A stretch of DNA of 64,000 bases from Octopus vulgaris (Eukaryota): positions 14,136,001-14,200,000 of the forward strand of contig OX597831.1 of NCBI GenBank assembly GCA_951406725.2, written 5' to 3'. The notes under the pieces were generated by a model. That model was not told where the DNA came from. It made no database searches and saw nothing but the letters and a program-made list of their open reading frames with translations. Shown in pieces: positions 42,084 through 55,170 of this stretch; within the stretch, counting starts at the first letter, position 1, and each line of letters starts with the position of its first letter. The position numbers were made by a program, and so were the translations under genes.

Positions 42084-42460
42084 AACCAGTTGAGCATGTC
42101 CCTTAGTGGCTGACGATATGAGCAGAAGTAGTACGGGAGCATCATAGCTGTGTATTGAAAGGAATTCTCTGGGGTTTAAATAATTCACCTCTGGAAACAT
42201 GGGTGTTCGTTCAACATCTTTAAACAACCCTTGTTCAGGGACCTTTTGAGCAGGATTGGTTACTCGACCAGAAGAAAATTCTAACTGGGCTCCACCTGCA
42301 AGGTCATGTGCTGTTTATCTTGATATGAGCTCACCATGTCGCACACATATGGTTGCGCTGCATGTGGCTGGTGTACCCTTATCAGACGGGTAGTCATGAT
42401 GGGTATACAGGACTTTGTGTATATTTTACCCCAGTGTCAATTTGATGGCATGCACTGCCA
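42080..42460 (+). mobile_element. Inverted local copy of 41182-41560
   Basis: Reverse complement that shares the same internal deletion (GCTCATATCGTC) absent from the 60.2-kb copy. Confidence 0.8.
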
Positions 42461-42754
42461 TATATATATATATATATATATATTGGTCCATCCCATATTA
42501 GCATGGAAATTAGAGAGTTAAATGATGATGACGATGATGATGATGATATATATAAATACACACACACACCCAGGCACGATGATGTAAATAATCACACTAT
42601 GTTTATAAATATTCTTGTTTTTAATAGTGATTGCATTTGTGAGAATGTTCCTGACTCCGTATTTATGTAAATACCTATTTGTCTAACTGTCTGTCTATAT
42701 ATGCGTGCGTATGGGGGGGGGGGGCATCTGTGTGTGTGTGTGTGTGTGTGTGTG

Positions 42755-43300
42755 GTTCTGTGGTTAGAAGCTTGCTTTTGAATACTATGGTTCACTGTTC
42801 AAGTCCCACTGCAGAGCACCTTGGGCAAGTGTCTTCTACTATAGCTTTGGGCTGACCAAAACCTTGTGAGTGGATGATTTGGTTAACAGAAACTGAAAGA
42901 AGCCTGTTGTCATCATCATCATCGTTTAGCGTCCGTTTTCCATGCTAGCATGGGTTGGACGGTTCTACTGGGGTCTATGAAGCCAGAAGGCTTCATCAGG
43001 CCCAGTCAAATCTGGCAGTGTTTCTACAGCTGGATGCCCTTCCTTACGCCAAAACGTTGTGTATATCTATATGTGTGTGTATGTGTGTCTTTGCATCTAT
43101 GTTGTCCCCTGACCACCACTTGACAACCGGTGATGGTGTGTTTATGTCCCCGAAACATTAGCAGTTCGGCAAAAGGGGTCAATTGAACAAGTACCTGGCT
43201 TTTGAACAAAAAAAATCCCGGTGTCATTACATTCAACCAGAAATTCTTCAAGATGGTGTCCCAACATGGCCGAAGTCTGATGACTGAAACAAGTAAAAGT
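42755..43300 (+). mobile_element. SINE family A interrupted by a (GAT)n-tailed element (42910-43050, -)
   Basis: SINE halves flank the CATCATCATCGTTTAGCGTCCG element. Confidence 0.8.
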
Positions 43301-43329
43301 TTAAAAAAACATAAATATATTCATCTTCT

Positions 43330-43722
43330 GTGAAGACCTGTTGAGGCAAGTGAACTCGAAATCGAACAAAAATCAATGGAAATTGTAGTTGTGATACCAG
43401 TGCCAGTGGCATGTAAAAGAACCATCCAAACGGGGCCGTTGCCAGCACTGCCTTGACTGGCCTCTGTGCTGGTGGCACGTAAAAAGCACCAACCGATTGT
43501 GGCCGTTGCCAGCCCCACCTGGCACCTGTGCCAGTGGCATGTAAAAAGCACCCACTACACTCATGGAGTGGTTGGCGTTAGGAAGGGCAACCAGCTGTAG
43601 AAACACTGCCAAATCAGATTGGAGCCTGGTGCAGCCTTCTGGCTTCCCAGATCCCAGTCGAACTGTCCAACCCATGCTAGCATGAAAAACGGACGTTAAA
43701 CGATGATGATGATGATGATGAT
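43330..43722 (+). mobile_element. (GAT)n-tailed RTE-like short element with internal ~55-bp repeats
   Basis: Repeated GTGCC(A/G)GTGGCA(C/T)GTAAAAAGCACC; ends GGACGTTAAACGATGATGATG; other copies near 45890, 46275, 49805, 51180, 62395 and 63940. Confidence 0.8.
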
Positions 43723-44184
43723 ATGTAAGCATAAAGTTCAGATCTTCCAACTACTTTATGTTGTCAATGACTCATTGTGTTTCCTTCATGCATGGATCAG
43801 TTCTGAACATTTAGTCTCCAATCATTTCTTGCCTCCTTTGTTATTAATTTCAATAGACTTTAGAAATGCTCACCCATCGCTTTACATTTTATCAAGTTTC
43901 CCTTTCATTGAGGCTTTTGTGGTGCACTAAAGCTGAAGGCCAGAGAAGAGCAGGAGTTTTTCTTGCTGTGATTGAGGGACTGAAAGAGTTTAGGACAGGG
44001 TTTATGTCTCTGTGCAGACAAAAAGAGGTAAAGGTTGACATGACTTGAAAAGTGTAGGTATGGGTTCAAAATATATCTCTGCATTCTGTGTGAACGTATA
44101 TGTGTGTGTGTGTGTGTATATGTACACAGGTATTTGTGTGTGTGAATATGTACGAAGGAAATTGTATCTTTATTTTAGCTGACA

Positions 44185-44334
44185 CTGTGTGGTAAGTAGC
44201 TTGCTTACCAACCACATGGTTCCGGGTTCAGTCCCACTGCGTGGCACTTTGAGCAAGTGTCTTCTACTATAGCCTCGGGCCAACCAAAGCCTTGTGAGTG
44301 GATTTGGTAGATGGAAACTGAAAGAAGCCCATCG

Positions 44335-44365
<31 letters not shown>

Positions 44366-44575
44366 GTGTGTTTGTGTGTCTGTGTTTGTCCCCCCCAAAA
44401 TCGCTTGACAACCGATGCTGGTGTGTTTACATCCCCGTAACTTAGCAGTTCGGCAAAAGAGACTGATAGAATAAGTACTAGGCTTACAAAGGATAAGTCC
44501 TGGGGTCAATTTGCTTGACTAAAGGCGGTGCTCCAGCATGGCCACAGTCACATGACTGAAACAAGTAAAAGAGTA
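44185..44575 (+). mobile_element. SINE family A
   Basis: Match to family A. Confidence 0.9.
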
Positions 44576-44820
44576 TACATACATATATATATATATATTT
44601 ACACACATACACACACACACACACATATACATACATAATATTAAAATTAATAATAATATGTATGAAAGTTAATATCAACACAACATTACCAAGGTAATTC
44701 ATGTTAGTGAAATTTTAATTGAACACCTGAAAAAATTTTAGCTGTTAAAAACTGTAACAAAAGAAACGCCAAACCGAATTTAACTTTAGACATTCATATC
44801 TCTTTGTGTTTATGAATATA

Positions 44821-45363
44821 CGAGGGTGAGTCAAAACGTAATGCCATTTTGTTTAGGACAGGTATAATTCCCAACACAGGAACATGTGTCATACATCAAA
44901 ATGAAATCTGGTCCTCTGTGGATCACATCCCTACTTCTCAACATAGTCACTGTTTCTCTTAATAGCAAAGTTCGAATGAGAGAATGTATCCCTGCCCCGT
45001 AAAATTCTGTTGACTGTTGTTTGAGCCACTTCTTCACTACAGTTTTCACTTCTTCTTCACCGTAATAATGTTTGCCTCTCAAACCTTCTATAATCTAAAG
45101 TATTCTCCTCAAAGACACTTTGTAATTTTCGGTGAATGTTCATAGGGGTTTCCCTCCTCAGCAACAAGAAATTCAATCACTGCTCTTTGTTTTTGACGTA
45201 ACTCTAAGGGGACAACCATTTTGAATATTCCTTACTGGTCTAAAAACCTGAAAAGTAAGAAACTAAATATTTCAGAATTTATAATTGGGAAAACTTTCAA
45301 TTATTTTTATCAAAGACTTCACATGAAATAAAGAAAATGGGATTACTTTTTGACGCACCTTCG
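44821..45363 (-). mobile_element. Internally deleted mariner with both TIRs
   Basis: TA|CGAGGGTGAGTCAAAA ... TTTTGACGCACCTTCG|TA; minus-strand LRGKHYYGEEEVKTVVKKWLKQQSTEFYGAGIHSL. Confidence 0.9.
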
Positions 45364-45374
45364 TATATTTTTTT

Positions 45375-45805
45375 TTAGTTGTTTCAGTCATTTGACTGTG
45401 GCCATACTGGAGCACTGCCTTTAGTTGAACAAATCAACCCCAGGACTCATTTTTTGAAAGCCTAGTACTTATTCTAAACAATCTCTTTTGCCGAACCACT
45501 AAGTTACGGGGACGTAAACACACCATCGGTTGTTATGTGATGTGGAGGGACAAACACAGAAACACAAACATACACACACACAAACACACACACTCACACA
45601 CTTACACACACACACACACACATGCACACGCACACATATATGATGGGCTTCTTTCAGTTTCTGTCTACCAAATCCACTCACAAGGCTTTGGTCGGCCCAA
45701 GGCTATAGCAGAAGATATTTGCCCAAGGTGCCACACAGTGGGACTGAACCCGGAACCATGTGGTTGGTAAACAAGCTACTTACCTCACAGCCACTCCTGC
45801 GCCTA
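45375..45805 (-). mobile_element. SINE family A
   Basis: Reverse-complement match. Confidence 0.85.
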
Positions 45806-45889
45806 TGTATATAATTTATTATATATTATATATATGATTTATCATTTAATTTTTAATTGAATTCAACGCATTCATTTCCAAGTACACCA

Positions 45890-46470
45890 TTCATGTGTGG
45901 GTCGCTGCCAGAACCGCCTGCCTGTCTCCCCATGCCGATGGCATGTAAAAAGCACCGTCTTAATGTGGTTGATGCCAGCACCCCACCCCGACTGGCTTCT
46001 GTGCAGGTGGCACATAAAAAGCACTATCCAAATGTGGCCGATGCCAGTGCCGCCTGACTAGCTCCCATGCTAGTTGCACGGAATAAGGCATCCACTACAC
46101 ACTCAGAGTGGTTGACATTAGGAAGGGCATCCAGCTGTAGAAATATTACCAGATTAGATTGGAGACTGGTGCAGCCTCCTGGCTTTCCAGTCCCCAGTCA
46201 AACCATCCAACCCATGCCAGCATGGAAAATGGACGTTAATTGCCTATGATGATGATGATGATATATATATATATCATCATCATCATCATCATCTTCATCG
46301 TTTAGCGTCCGCTTTCCATGCTAGCATGGGTTGGACGGTTCAACTGGGGTCTGGGAAGCCAGAAGGCTGCACCAGGCCCAGTTTGATCTGGCAATGTTTC
46401 TACGGCTGGATGCCCTTCTTAACGCCAACGACTCCATGAGTGTAGTGGGTGCTTTTTACGTGCCACCGGC
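45890..46470. mobile_element. Tail-to-tail pair of (GAT)n-tailed elements
   Basis: + copy ends ~46260 and - copy starts ~46275; joined by (GAT)n(TA)n(CAT)n. Confidence 0.85.
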
Positions 46471-46496
46471 ACATATATATATATATATGTGTATGT

Positions 46497-47346
46497 ATTT
46501 GGAGCTCCTCTATGCTGATGGCCTAGTTTTTATAGCTGAATCACTACCTGACCTCAAAAAGAAATTTAATTTCAAGTATGGAAACAAGGTCTGGAATCTA
46601 AGGACTATAAGCTTAATATAGCAAAAACCAGAGTCTTAGTAAATAGGAAAATAGACAAATTGCAAATCCGTTCTGGGAGATAGCCCTGCTCGGTATGTAA
46701 GAAGGGCGTTGGTAGAAATTCCATAAGTTGTACCCAGTGCATGCTTTGGATACATAAGAGTGCATGCTTTGGATACATAAGAGGTGTGGCAGCATCAAAA
46801 GAAGGTTAATGGAGGACATGGTCTTTGTGTGTGACAAATGTACAGGTATAATAAGTCCTAAAAATACGCAGACAGTAGACTCCCACAAATGCCTGGGTGG
46901 ATCATTAGAAGTAGTAGATAGCTTCGGTTACCCAGGAAACCAAATTAGCAGTGGGAGAGGGAGTTCTCAAAATGTAGTTGCTAGGATAAGAATGGGTTGG
47001 GTGAAGTTCAAATTGCTTCTGCTTTTGTTGGTAACTAAGGGCCTCTCCCTCAGAGTGAAAAGCAGGTTGTATGATGTCTGTGTACATACACCTATGTTAC
47101 GTGGCAGTGAAATATGAGCTTTGATTACAGAGGACTTGTGAAGGCTTGAAAGGCATGAAGCTAACATGCTCCACTGGATGGCTAATGTCAGTGTACATGC
47201 ATGAGAGGCTGTAAATGATTTAAGAGGAAAACTAGGTATAAGAGGCACTTGATGTTGTGTGCAAGAAAGAAGACTGCTAGTTTGGTCATGTGATGCATAC
47301 GGATGAGGACAGCTGTATAAAGTACTGAACGCTAATTGTGGAAGGT
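46497..47346 (+). pseudogene. RTE-clade LINE reverse transcriptase remnant
   Basis: ELLYADGLVFIAES (YADD decayed), PCSVCKKGVGRNSISCTQC/LWIHKRC..FVCDKC Cys-rich insert, LEVVDSFGY..ARIRMGWVKFK..SLRVKSRLYDVCV; multiple stops and frameshifts. Confidence 0.9.
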
Positions 47347-47516
47347 ATATTTTTACCTTAGGTTTTTAACATGATAAATGTATTATAGGCACCTGGTCCT
47401 ACTTTTTAAGTTTCAATTTTAGTTTCTTCTATATGAACAATCATGATTTTATTTCTTTAAGAAATATTGTTTAATTCTATTTGATTATTTATTTAACTAT
47501 TATTGTTATTATTGTT

Positions 47517-47618
47517 GACCTGAGGAGTGACTATACTTTTAAATTGAATTGTGTTTCAATTAAATTTAAATTTAATTGTAATTTGATTTGAAATTATAGC
47601 CATGAAACGTACGTAGTC
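47517..47618 (+). ncRNA. Type I hammerhead with canonical core and long AT-rich stem II
   Basis: GAC CUGAGGA GUGACUAUA...UAUAGCCAU GAA ACGUACGU A GUC; palindromic helix III, GUA cleavage triplet; sits in an AT-rich element ending at (TA)n ~47750. Confidence 0.7.
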
Positions 47619-48229
47619 TTTTTACTTATTATATATTATTTATTCATTTTTTGTACTTTTTAAGATCTAGTTATATATTTTATTTTTTTTATGATTTGGT
47701 TTATGTCTATCATTATTTTAATTATCATAATAGTGGTTTTTCTCTAATTTATATATATCATATATATATATGTATATATATGTATATATGTTCACGTATG
47801 GGTATACACTTGTACATGGATGTATAAAATCTATATGTGAATATAAATATTTTCATGTGTACATATGTAAGGTATATAGTTTTCCCCCTTGTGTTTCCAT
47901 ACATTGCTATGATCCTCACCTCGTTAAAGGCCTCAAGTCCCTTGCTGCTGTCTCTCTCTCTCTATCTCCTTGTGTGTGCCGATGCTGGCCATTGCTTGTT
48001 TGCGATGCACCCACCCATTCTCACCCCCACCACCAATACTGGAAATCTCTTCTCTTCTACCTAAATCACTGACAGGGCTCTCCCTCACTTCTGTACCGGA
48101 AGACTTGCATACTGCCATCCCTCCAACCCATCTACTTCTTTGTATCTATACATAATGGACTAACCAATAACAACTCCATTTACTTAACTTAAACTTTGAC
48201 CTCTTATATTTGAAGCAGTAATGCTTATA

Positions 48230-48432
48230 TTTACAATGTCCATAACACTTATATGAAATTTGTAGAAAAGAAAAAAAAAAAAGTTTTATTCATCAAAGTA
48301 TGCACCCATATTGTCAATACACTTTTGCCATTTCAGCGGTAGCTTTTCCAGCCCAGAACTGTAAAAGCCTGGCAATCTAGAGTTAATAAAATTTTGGAAG
48401 GCCTGTTTTGCTGCATTGTCGGAATTAAATTT
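48230..48432 (-). mobile_element. mariner 3' fragment, abutting SINE A (48433-48750, +)
   Basis: FNSDNAAKQAFQNFINSRLPGFYSSGLEKLPLKWQKCIDNMGAYFDE*. Confidence 0.85.
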
Positions 48433-49085
48433 TCCCAACCACATGGTTCTGGGTTCAGTGCCACTCCGTGGCCGACTAAAGCCTTGTGAGTGGATTTGGT
48501 AGATGGAATCTGAAAGAAGCCTGTCGTATATATGTATATATATATATATGTGTGTATATGTTTGTGTGTCTGTATTTGTCTCCCCAACGTCACTTGACAA
48601 CCGTTGTTGGTGTGTTTATATCCCCATAACTCAGTAGTTCAGCCAAAGAGACCGATAGAATAAGTGGTAGGCTTACAAAGAATGAGTCCTTGGGTCAATT
48701 CGTTTGACTAAAGGTATGGCCAAGGTAAAAGGGCTGAAACAAATAAAAGAATAACATATAAATATATATATATATATATATATATGTATAGACAAACAGA
48801 CAGACAGGTATGGTTGGGAGAGCAAGTTAGTGAAACTGCGTGGGAAACACTTGAATCAATAATCATTGCCATTAAGGAATCAATATGTGTCATATGGATA
48901 GATGTAGAAGCAATACTTTTTATTTCACTGATTCATTATTTTAGCAAAGAATATCCATTTTGGTTAATTCTAACAACTCTTTGGAAACTAAACTATTTTG
49001 TATCTGTAAATGCTACAGGATTCTGCTAATACAATTCTTTGCAATTTCAATCTGCATGCATTGCATTTACACACACAAGGATATG

Positions 49086-49117
<32 letters not shown>

Positions 49118-49134
49118 AAAAATGATAAACATTG

Positions 49135-49440
49135 CCCTTTTCAAACCTGGCCTGGCTCACGGGTCCGGTTTCCCGGTTTCTGTGGCGTATGTGCTCCCCC
49201 CAGCTGGACGAGACACCAGTCCATCGCAGCGTTACTAAAGAAACGGGAAGTGAGAGTGAGATAAAGTTGTGGCGAAAGAGTACAACAGAGGTCGCCACCC
49301 CCCCCCCCCCTGCCGGAGCCTCGTGGAGCTTTTAGGTGATTTTGCTCAATAAACACACTCAGCGCCCGGTCTGGGAATTGAAACTACGATCCTCCGACCA
49401 CGAGTCCGCTGCCCTAACCACTGGGCCATTGCGCCTGCAC
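49135..49440 (-). mobile_element. tRNA-headed SINE family D
   Basis: Minus-strand TGGCCCAGTGGTTAGGGCAGCGGAC A-box, TTCAATTCCC B-box-like motif and CTGCGATGGACTGG.GTC.CGTCCAG central motif. Confidence 0.75.
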
Positions 49441-49762
49441 TATATATATACAGGTATTAATAAGATAGATGGAAAAAGCAATTTTATTTAGTACAACACG
49501 TTTTGATCTGTTCTGGGTGTCTTAGAGTACATAAATAAGAAAAAATAAAAAGTCGGTGTTACGTATCGCTAAATGTCCATTAACTTTGGAAATGAGTAAA
49601 AAACAAAGAAAAGTTGAAACACGAAAAATTCAAATATGAACGTGAAGATTCTTGTTTAAAGAAAATGACGTAATGAGCCGTCGCTGATGCAACTGCTGAG
49701 AAAGAAAAGGAAGTAGAAAGGAAGGTAATACTTAGGCGAAAATAGGTTTTTGTATTCGTGCT

Positions 49763-49801
<39 letters not shown>

Positions 49802-50121
49802 GAGGTCATCGCCAGTGCCACTGGATTGGCTCCTGTGCAGGTGGCACGTAAAAAGCACCACTTGGGCGTGGCCGTTGCCAGTACCACCAAACTGGCCCTC
49901 ATGCCGGTGGCACATAAAGGCACCCACTACACTCTTGGAGTGGTTGGCGTTAGGAATGGCATCCAGCTGTAGAAACTCTGCCAGATCAGATTGGAGTCTG
50001 GTTCGCCAGACCTCAGTTAAATCGTCGAACCCATGCCAGCACGGAAAACGGACATTAAATGATGATGATGATGATATATATATATATATATATGGATGAT
50101 GATGATGATGATATATATATA

Positions 50122-50978
50122 CAGGGAGTGATGGGTAAATTGTTGTCATATTATATTCTTGATTTCGTGCATGTGACTTGTTTGTTTTTGATTTTGTCTA
50201 TTACACAGTATAGTTGTGTCGGTTGAGCATCGTCTGTGAGAAAAACAGCAGCATGATGAAATTCACTCTGCCAGAAATTTGGAAATGATATACTGCTTGG
50301 CATTTGTGCTGGGAACTCCAATACAAACATTTCAGGGTGTTTGGGTGTCAGTCTGAAGACATGTGCCGAGATTGATAATAACAAAACATCCATTCAACAT
50401 CATGGTGTTTGGAGTGATCACTAGTGATGGCCACGTTATGCCTCCATTCATCATCCCACACAAACTCAGACTCAATATGGAGGCCTACATGAAGTGCGTG
50501 GAGGATTTAGTGTTGCCCTGGGTCAAGAGGGTGGCTGCTGGAAGACCCTATGTCTGGCAACAGGACTCTATACCATGCCACACAAGTAGGAGAACCCAGT
50601 CATGGCTGTCAGACAATTTCTGCAACCACATCACCCCTAACATCTGGCCACCTAATTTCCCTGTCTGCATCCTCCTTGATTATTATGTGTGGGATGCAGT
50701 TCAGCCAGAGACCAACAAAACTCCTTGTAACACTAAAGATGAATTGAAGGCAAGGATTATGGCAGCATTCACCAACTTAAATAAGGAGACCATCCAGAAG
50801 AGTTGCAGGAAAATTCCAAAGTGGTCTGGAGGCCGTGGTTGAAGTCAATGGCAATTTTATTGAATAAATTTACTCTTTAGCATTTCAAGATATTTGGTAA
50901 ATATGTCTGTTAAAATAAGATGTCAGTGTTATTTTCCTGTTTGCATAATTTAGATGGCAGTTTATTCACTGCATCCTG
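50122..50978 (+). mobile_element. Internally deleted DD37D (maT-family) Tc1/mariner element
   Basis: TA|CAGGGAGTGATGGGTAAATTG ... TTTATTCACTGCATCCTG|TA; ORF 50363-50842 has QQD-(37 aa)-DYYVW. Confidence 0.9.
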
Positions 50979-51569
50979 TACATATATATGGAAGACTGTA
51001 GGGAATATTTTTTCTATGACATAAAGGTTTAGTCGCTGTTTAGTTACATATTTATGAGTTGGTTATGAATTTACTTACTGAATTTATTTACTGATACTGT
51101 TGTACACAGGGTAAATGTGTTTGAAGGTTGTGGTTTCTTCAGTTTGCTTGTATATATAATTATGTGTGTGTATGGTGTGTGCACGAGGGCCAGTCAGGCA
51201 GTACTGGCATCAGCCACGCTCGAATGGTGCTTTTTATATGCCACTGGCACAGGAGCCAGTCAGCGGCCCTGGCAACAATCACACTTGAATGGTGCTTCTA
51301 ACATTCTACTGGCATGGGTGCCAGTCAGCGGGTACCTGTCATTGGCCATGACAATTTCACTTGCCTCATTGCCTCAACAGGTTTTCCTAAACAGTGTATT
51401 GTCCAACGATTGAAGGGTACCCTTAAATGGGCTGGTTATATATCTATGTATGTGTGTATGTATATACTTATGTATGAAGCTTTATGAAAATAGACAAAAG
51501 ACGAAGGCAGGTGGGAAACAAACAAACAATTGTATTAGTATGGCGCTCAGGAAATATAAATAAAACAAG

Positions 51570-51607
51570 TCTTTAACGTTTCGAGCCTACGCTCTTCAAC
51601 AGAAAGA
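51570..51607 (-). ncRNA. Minimal hammerhead-like motif at the PLE 3' end (A6U variant)
   Basis: UCUUU CUGUUGA A GAGC-guag-GCUC GAAACGUU AAAGA. Confidence 0.65.
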
Positions 51608-52439
51608 TACACAGAGAGAAAAAAACACAGAAAGAAGGAGAGAAAAAAATGCGTGCAGTAACTAACGAATCAACATGGCGATCTGATTTCGGCCAGAAGT
51701 CAAAGATCAACCATGAGACGCGAGAGCGAAATAAGGGGAGATAATAGGGTTGATAAAAGGGTTGAAGGACCAGCTAATAGTGCGTAGGAGGGGTCTGGAC
51801 GTGTGTATGTATAGGTTGGTGTATGTATTAGTATGTATAAGGGTGTGTGTGTGTGTGTGTGTGTGTATGAGAGAGTATTAGTGCGTAGGATAGGTCTGGA
51901 CAGGCGTATGTATGGGGTTGGTGTATGTATTAGTATGTATTAGTATGTATTAGTACGTATTAGTATGTATAAGTGTGTGTGTGTGTGTATGAGAGAGTAT
52001 AAGTGCGTATGAGGGGTCTGGACGTGTGTATGTATAGGGTTGGTGTATGTATTAGTATGTATTAGTATGTATTAGTACGTATTAGTATGTATTAGTTGGT
52101 GTATGTATTAGTATGGCACATCATATATGATGTGATGTGTAAAGTCGTGTGGTGTAGTGAGGAGAAGAGGGGGAGGGGGGGGAAGAGGGGGCAGAAGGGG
52201 AGGGGAAGAAGAGGGGGAGGAGAGGGGGGAAGAGGAGAGGAGGAGGAGGGGGAAAGAGGGGGAGGGGAGAGAGAGAAGGGGAGTGAGGGAGCAGAGGGAA
52301 GGGGAAGGGAGGGGGAAGAAGGGAAGGGGAGTAGGGGTGAAAGGATGAAGGACTGAAGAAGTAGGGGTCGGGGGGAAGGATAGGTGAGGAGGGGGGAGAG
52401 GGGGGTTAGATGAGGAGGGGGGAGAGGGGGTTAGATGAG

Positions 52440-52980
52440 GAGGGGGGGAGTTGAGACCAAATGGCGTATAAGAGCGAAGAGAGAAGATTAATTCCTGTTC
52501 ACGGCGCAAACGGGAATCCGGATGGCCTCTGTGTAAGGACAAACCGAACACATATAGGTGTTGCAAGGAGTGACCGGTGGAGCGGAAATGGCGTGAGACC
52601 GGTGTGTCGTTCGCAAGGTGGATGTCACGAAGGTGTTCCACGAACCGGTCAGCCAAGCGGCGTCCCGTTTGTCCGATGTACAAGGAATTGCAGAGAGAGC
52701 AAGAGACGCAATAGATAATATTGCTGGAGGTGCAGGTGAAGGAGTGGATGATGGGATAGGGTTGATGGTGGGTGCTAGTGAGGCGGGTGGTGTTGGAGAG
52801 GTAAGGGCAAGTGCGGCAACGTGGGCGGGAGCAGGGGAACGAGCCGGGTTGGGAGGTAGGGTCAGGGAAGGAGCTATGGACCAAAAGGTCTCGAAGGTTG
52901 TGGGCTCGTTTGAAAGAGGGGAGGGGTCGGTTAGGGAAGAGGTGTGAAGTGGACGGGTCGGACTGGAGATGACGACACAC
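52440..52980 (-). CDS. PLE GIY-YIG endonuclease domain (partial, uninterrupted)
   Basis: FKRAHNLRDLLVHS..PCSRPRCRTC..FTCTSSNIIYCVSCSLCNSLYIGQTGRRLADRFVEHLRDI..PVSRHF..H..RLRREQELIFSL..PFGLN. Confidence 0.9.
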
Positions 52981-52990
52981 GCACTCATGC

Positions 52991-53893
52991 ATGGGGGTTG
53001 CAGTCTGGGGAGTTAGGTGGCCAGATGTTAGGGGTGATGCAGTTGCAGAAATTGTCTGACAGCCATGACTGGGTTCTCCTTCTTGTGTGGAATGGTGCAG
53101 AGTCCTGTTGCCAGACCTAAGTTCTTCCAGTAGCCACCTGCTTGACCCAGGGCAGCACTACCTCCTCCAGGCATTTGATGTAGGCCTCTGTGTTGAGTGT
53201 GAGGCTGTGTGGGAAGATGTGCGGAGGCATAACGTCACCATCACTAGGGATCACTCCAAACACCATGATGCTGACTGGATGTTTGATTTTTATCTCCCTC
53301 GGTACATGTTTTGGGGTCATGGCAAGCCTACAGTTCTTTTGTATGTTCACCATCTGATACTGGCAAACATTTTTCTCATCTGAGAAAAACCAAAGCAGTT
53401 GGAGGAGATGCTTGAGTTTGTTCAAGGTCTTTTCTCCTGTCCTTGATGGCTGGGGATAAAAATTGGTCCTTTCTCATCTACCTGCCTGATAAGAAACTCA
53501 GACACTCCCATGTCACTGGAGTTGGAGGTGATTGGTTTTGAGGGATTGACATGGCCTGGATCCCACCAACAAATTCAGGAGTTCTTTTTTTTATCAGAGT
53601 GATTAGAGTGAATTTCCTGAGCTGCTGTATCACCATTAGACTCAGCATTAGATTCAGAATTACCATTAGTCTCATCCAACTCCTTCTGAATCCTCTTCAC
53701 TGTACTCAGATTGACACCCAAACACACTGAAATGCCCATACTGGAGCTTCCGGTGCAAATACCAAGCAGTACAACATGTCGTTTCCAAATTTCTGGCAGA
53801 GTGGATTGCATCAAAATGTTGTTTTTCTCACAGACAGTGTAGTAGACAAAATTAAAGATTTAAAATGCCAACAATTTACCCATCGCATCCTTT
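52991..53893 (-). mobile_element. Second DD37D (maT) copy, truncated at the PLE junction
   Basis: FFSDEKN..KHPVSIMVFGVIPSDGDVMPPHIF..IWPPNSPDCNP ending at the PLE junction; TIR-like CAATTTACCCATC at the far end. Confidence 0.9.
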
Positions 53894-54044
53894 CTAATAC
53901 CAACCACTTCACATATTGTGCTGGGTGCTCTTTATGTGGCACTAGCATTGGTGAGGTTGCCAAATACCCGCAAGACAAGACCTACCCAACTGACTAGGGT
54001 ACAGCATTGACGAATATGGAAGTATGATAGAAGAGCATGAATGT

Positions 54045-55170
54045 AAGGCAGTGAGCTAGCAAAAACGTTTGCATGCTGGGCGAAAAGTCCCTAGCAGTGT
54101 TTCATCTGCTGCTACGTTCTGAGTTCAAATGCCGCCAGGGTTGACTTTGCCTTTCATCCTTTCGGGGTTGATAAATTAAGTAGCAGTTGCGTACTGGGGT
54201 CAATCTAATCAACTGGCCCTCTCCCCTAAAATCTCATACCTTGTGCTTAGAGTAGAAAATAAAAGAAGAGTATGAGTGTGTATGTGTGTGTGTTTAAATT
54301 ACAATTATCGTGTGTATGCCATGAAAGGATAAAGACCCCCTTCAGTCATGCATGACCGGGGGATTGCACCTGGAAAGTTCCCCTCTGAGGCGTAAGTCTG
54401 GGGAAGGTTGTTTTACCAGCCTCCCCTCTCCATGTCACCAAAGTTATCCAAGGGAAAAGCAAAGGGGTCGATACCCCGTGGCACCAGTGATGTCGCAACT
54501 CATTTCTACATTTGAAGAAACTGGAACCTTGTGAAAAACATTGTCGTGCCCAAAAATACAACACGCAACCTGATCCAGGAATTGAACTCTCTACCTCATG
54601 ATTGTGAGCCTGACGCTCTAACCCCTGAGCCATTTGCCTTCACATAGTTCCTATTATCCATGGTGGTAGTGAAAGCATACTTCCAAAGTTACTCATCCTA
54701 TGGTGGGCAGCATTTTAGTAATTTGAAGAAGGGTTAATAGATTGGATATTGGTTTCAACTTTTGGCGCAAGGCCAGTAATTTTGGGGGAGGGAGTAAATC
54801 TATTTCTTTATTGCCCACAAGGGGTTAAACAGAGAGGGGACAAACAAGGACAGACAAAGGAATTAAGTCGTTTACATCAACCCCAGTTCATAACTGGTAT
54901 TTATTTAATCAACCCCGAAAAGATGAAAGGCAAAGTCGACCTTGGCGGAATTTGAACTCAGAACATAACGGCAGACGAAATACTGTTAAGCATTTCGTCC
55001 AGTGTGCTAACGATTCTGCCAGCTTGACCCCCAGTGTCCCACTGGTACTTATTCTATTGACCTTGAAAGTATGCAAGGCTAAGTCGGCCCCAGCATAATT
55101 TGAACTCAGAACAGAAAGCCTGACGAAATGCTGTTAAGCATTTCATATACCGTGCTAACAATTCCACCAG
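54045..55170. mobile_element. Cluster of SINE B (+ 54045-54260; - 54750-55170) and SINE C (- 54325-54640)
   Basis: Family matches with CpG-to-TpG/CpA decay. Confidence 0.8.

Larger units (their letters stand above)
51478..52990 (-). mobile_element. 5'-truncated Penelope-like retroelement (Neptune-type Cys linker), apparently young
   Basis: GIY-YIG ORF, pyrimidine-rich and tandemly repeated 3' UTR, hammerhead-like motif at the 3' end; retains CpGs in a CpG-decayed neighbourhood. Confidence 0.9.

Noticed and set aside
43874-43979. Minus-strand exon with good splice signals (CTCTTTCAG| ... G|GTGAGC)
   Set aside because: Stops in all three frames; could only be non-coding or cryptic
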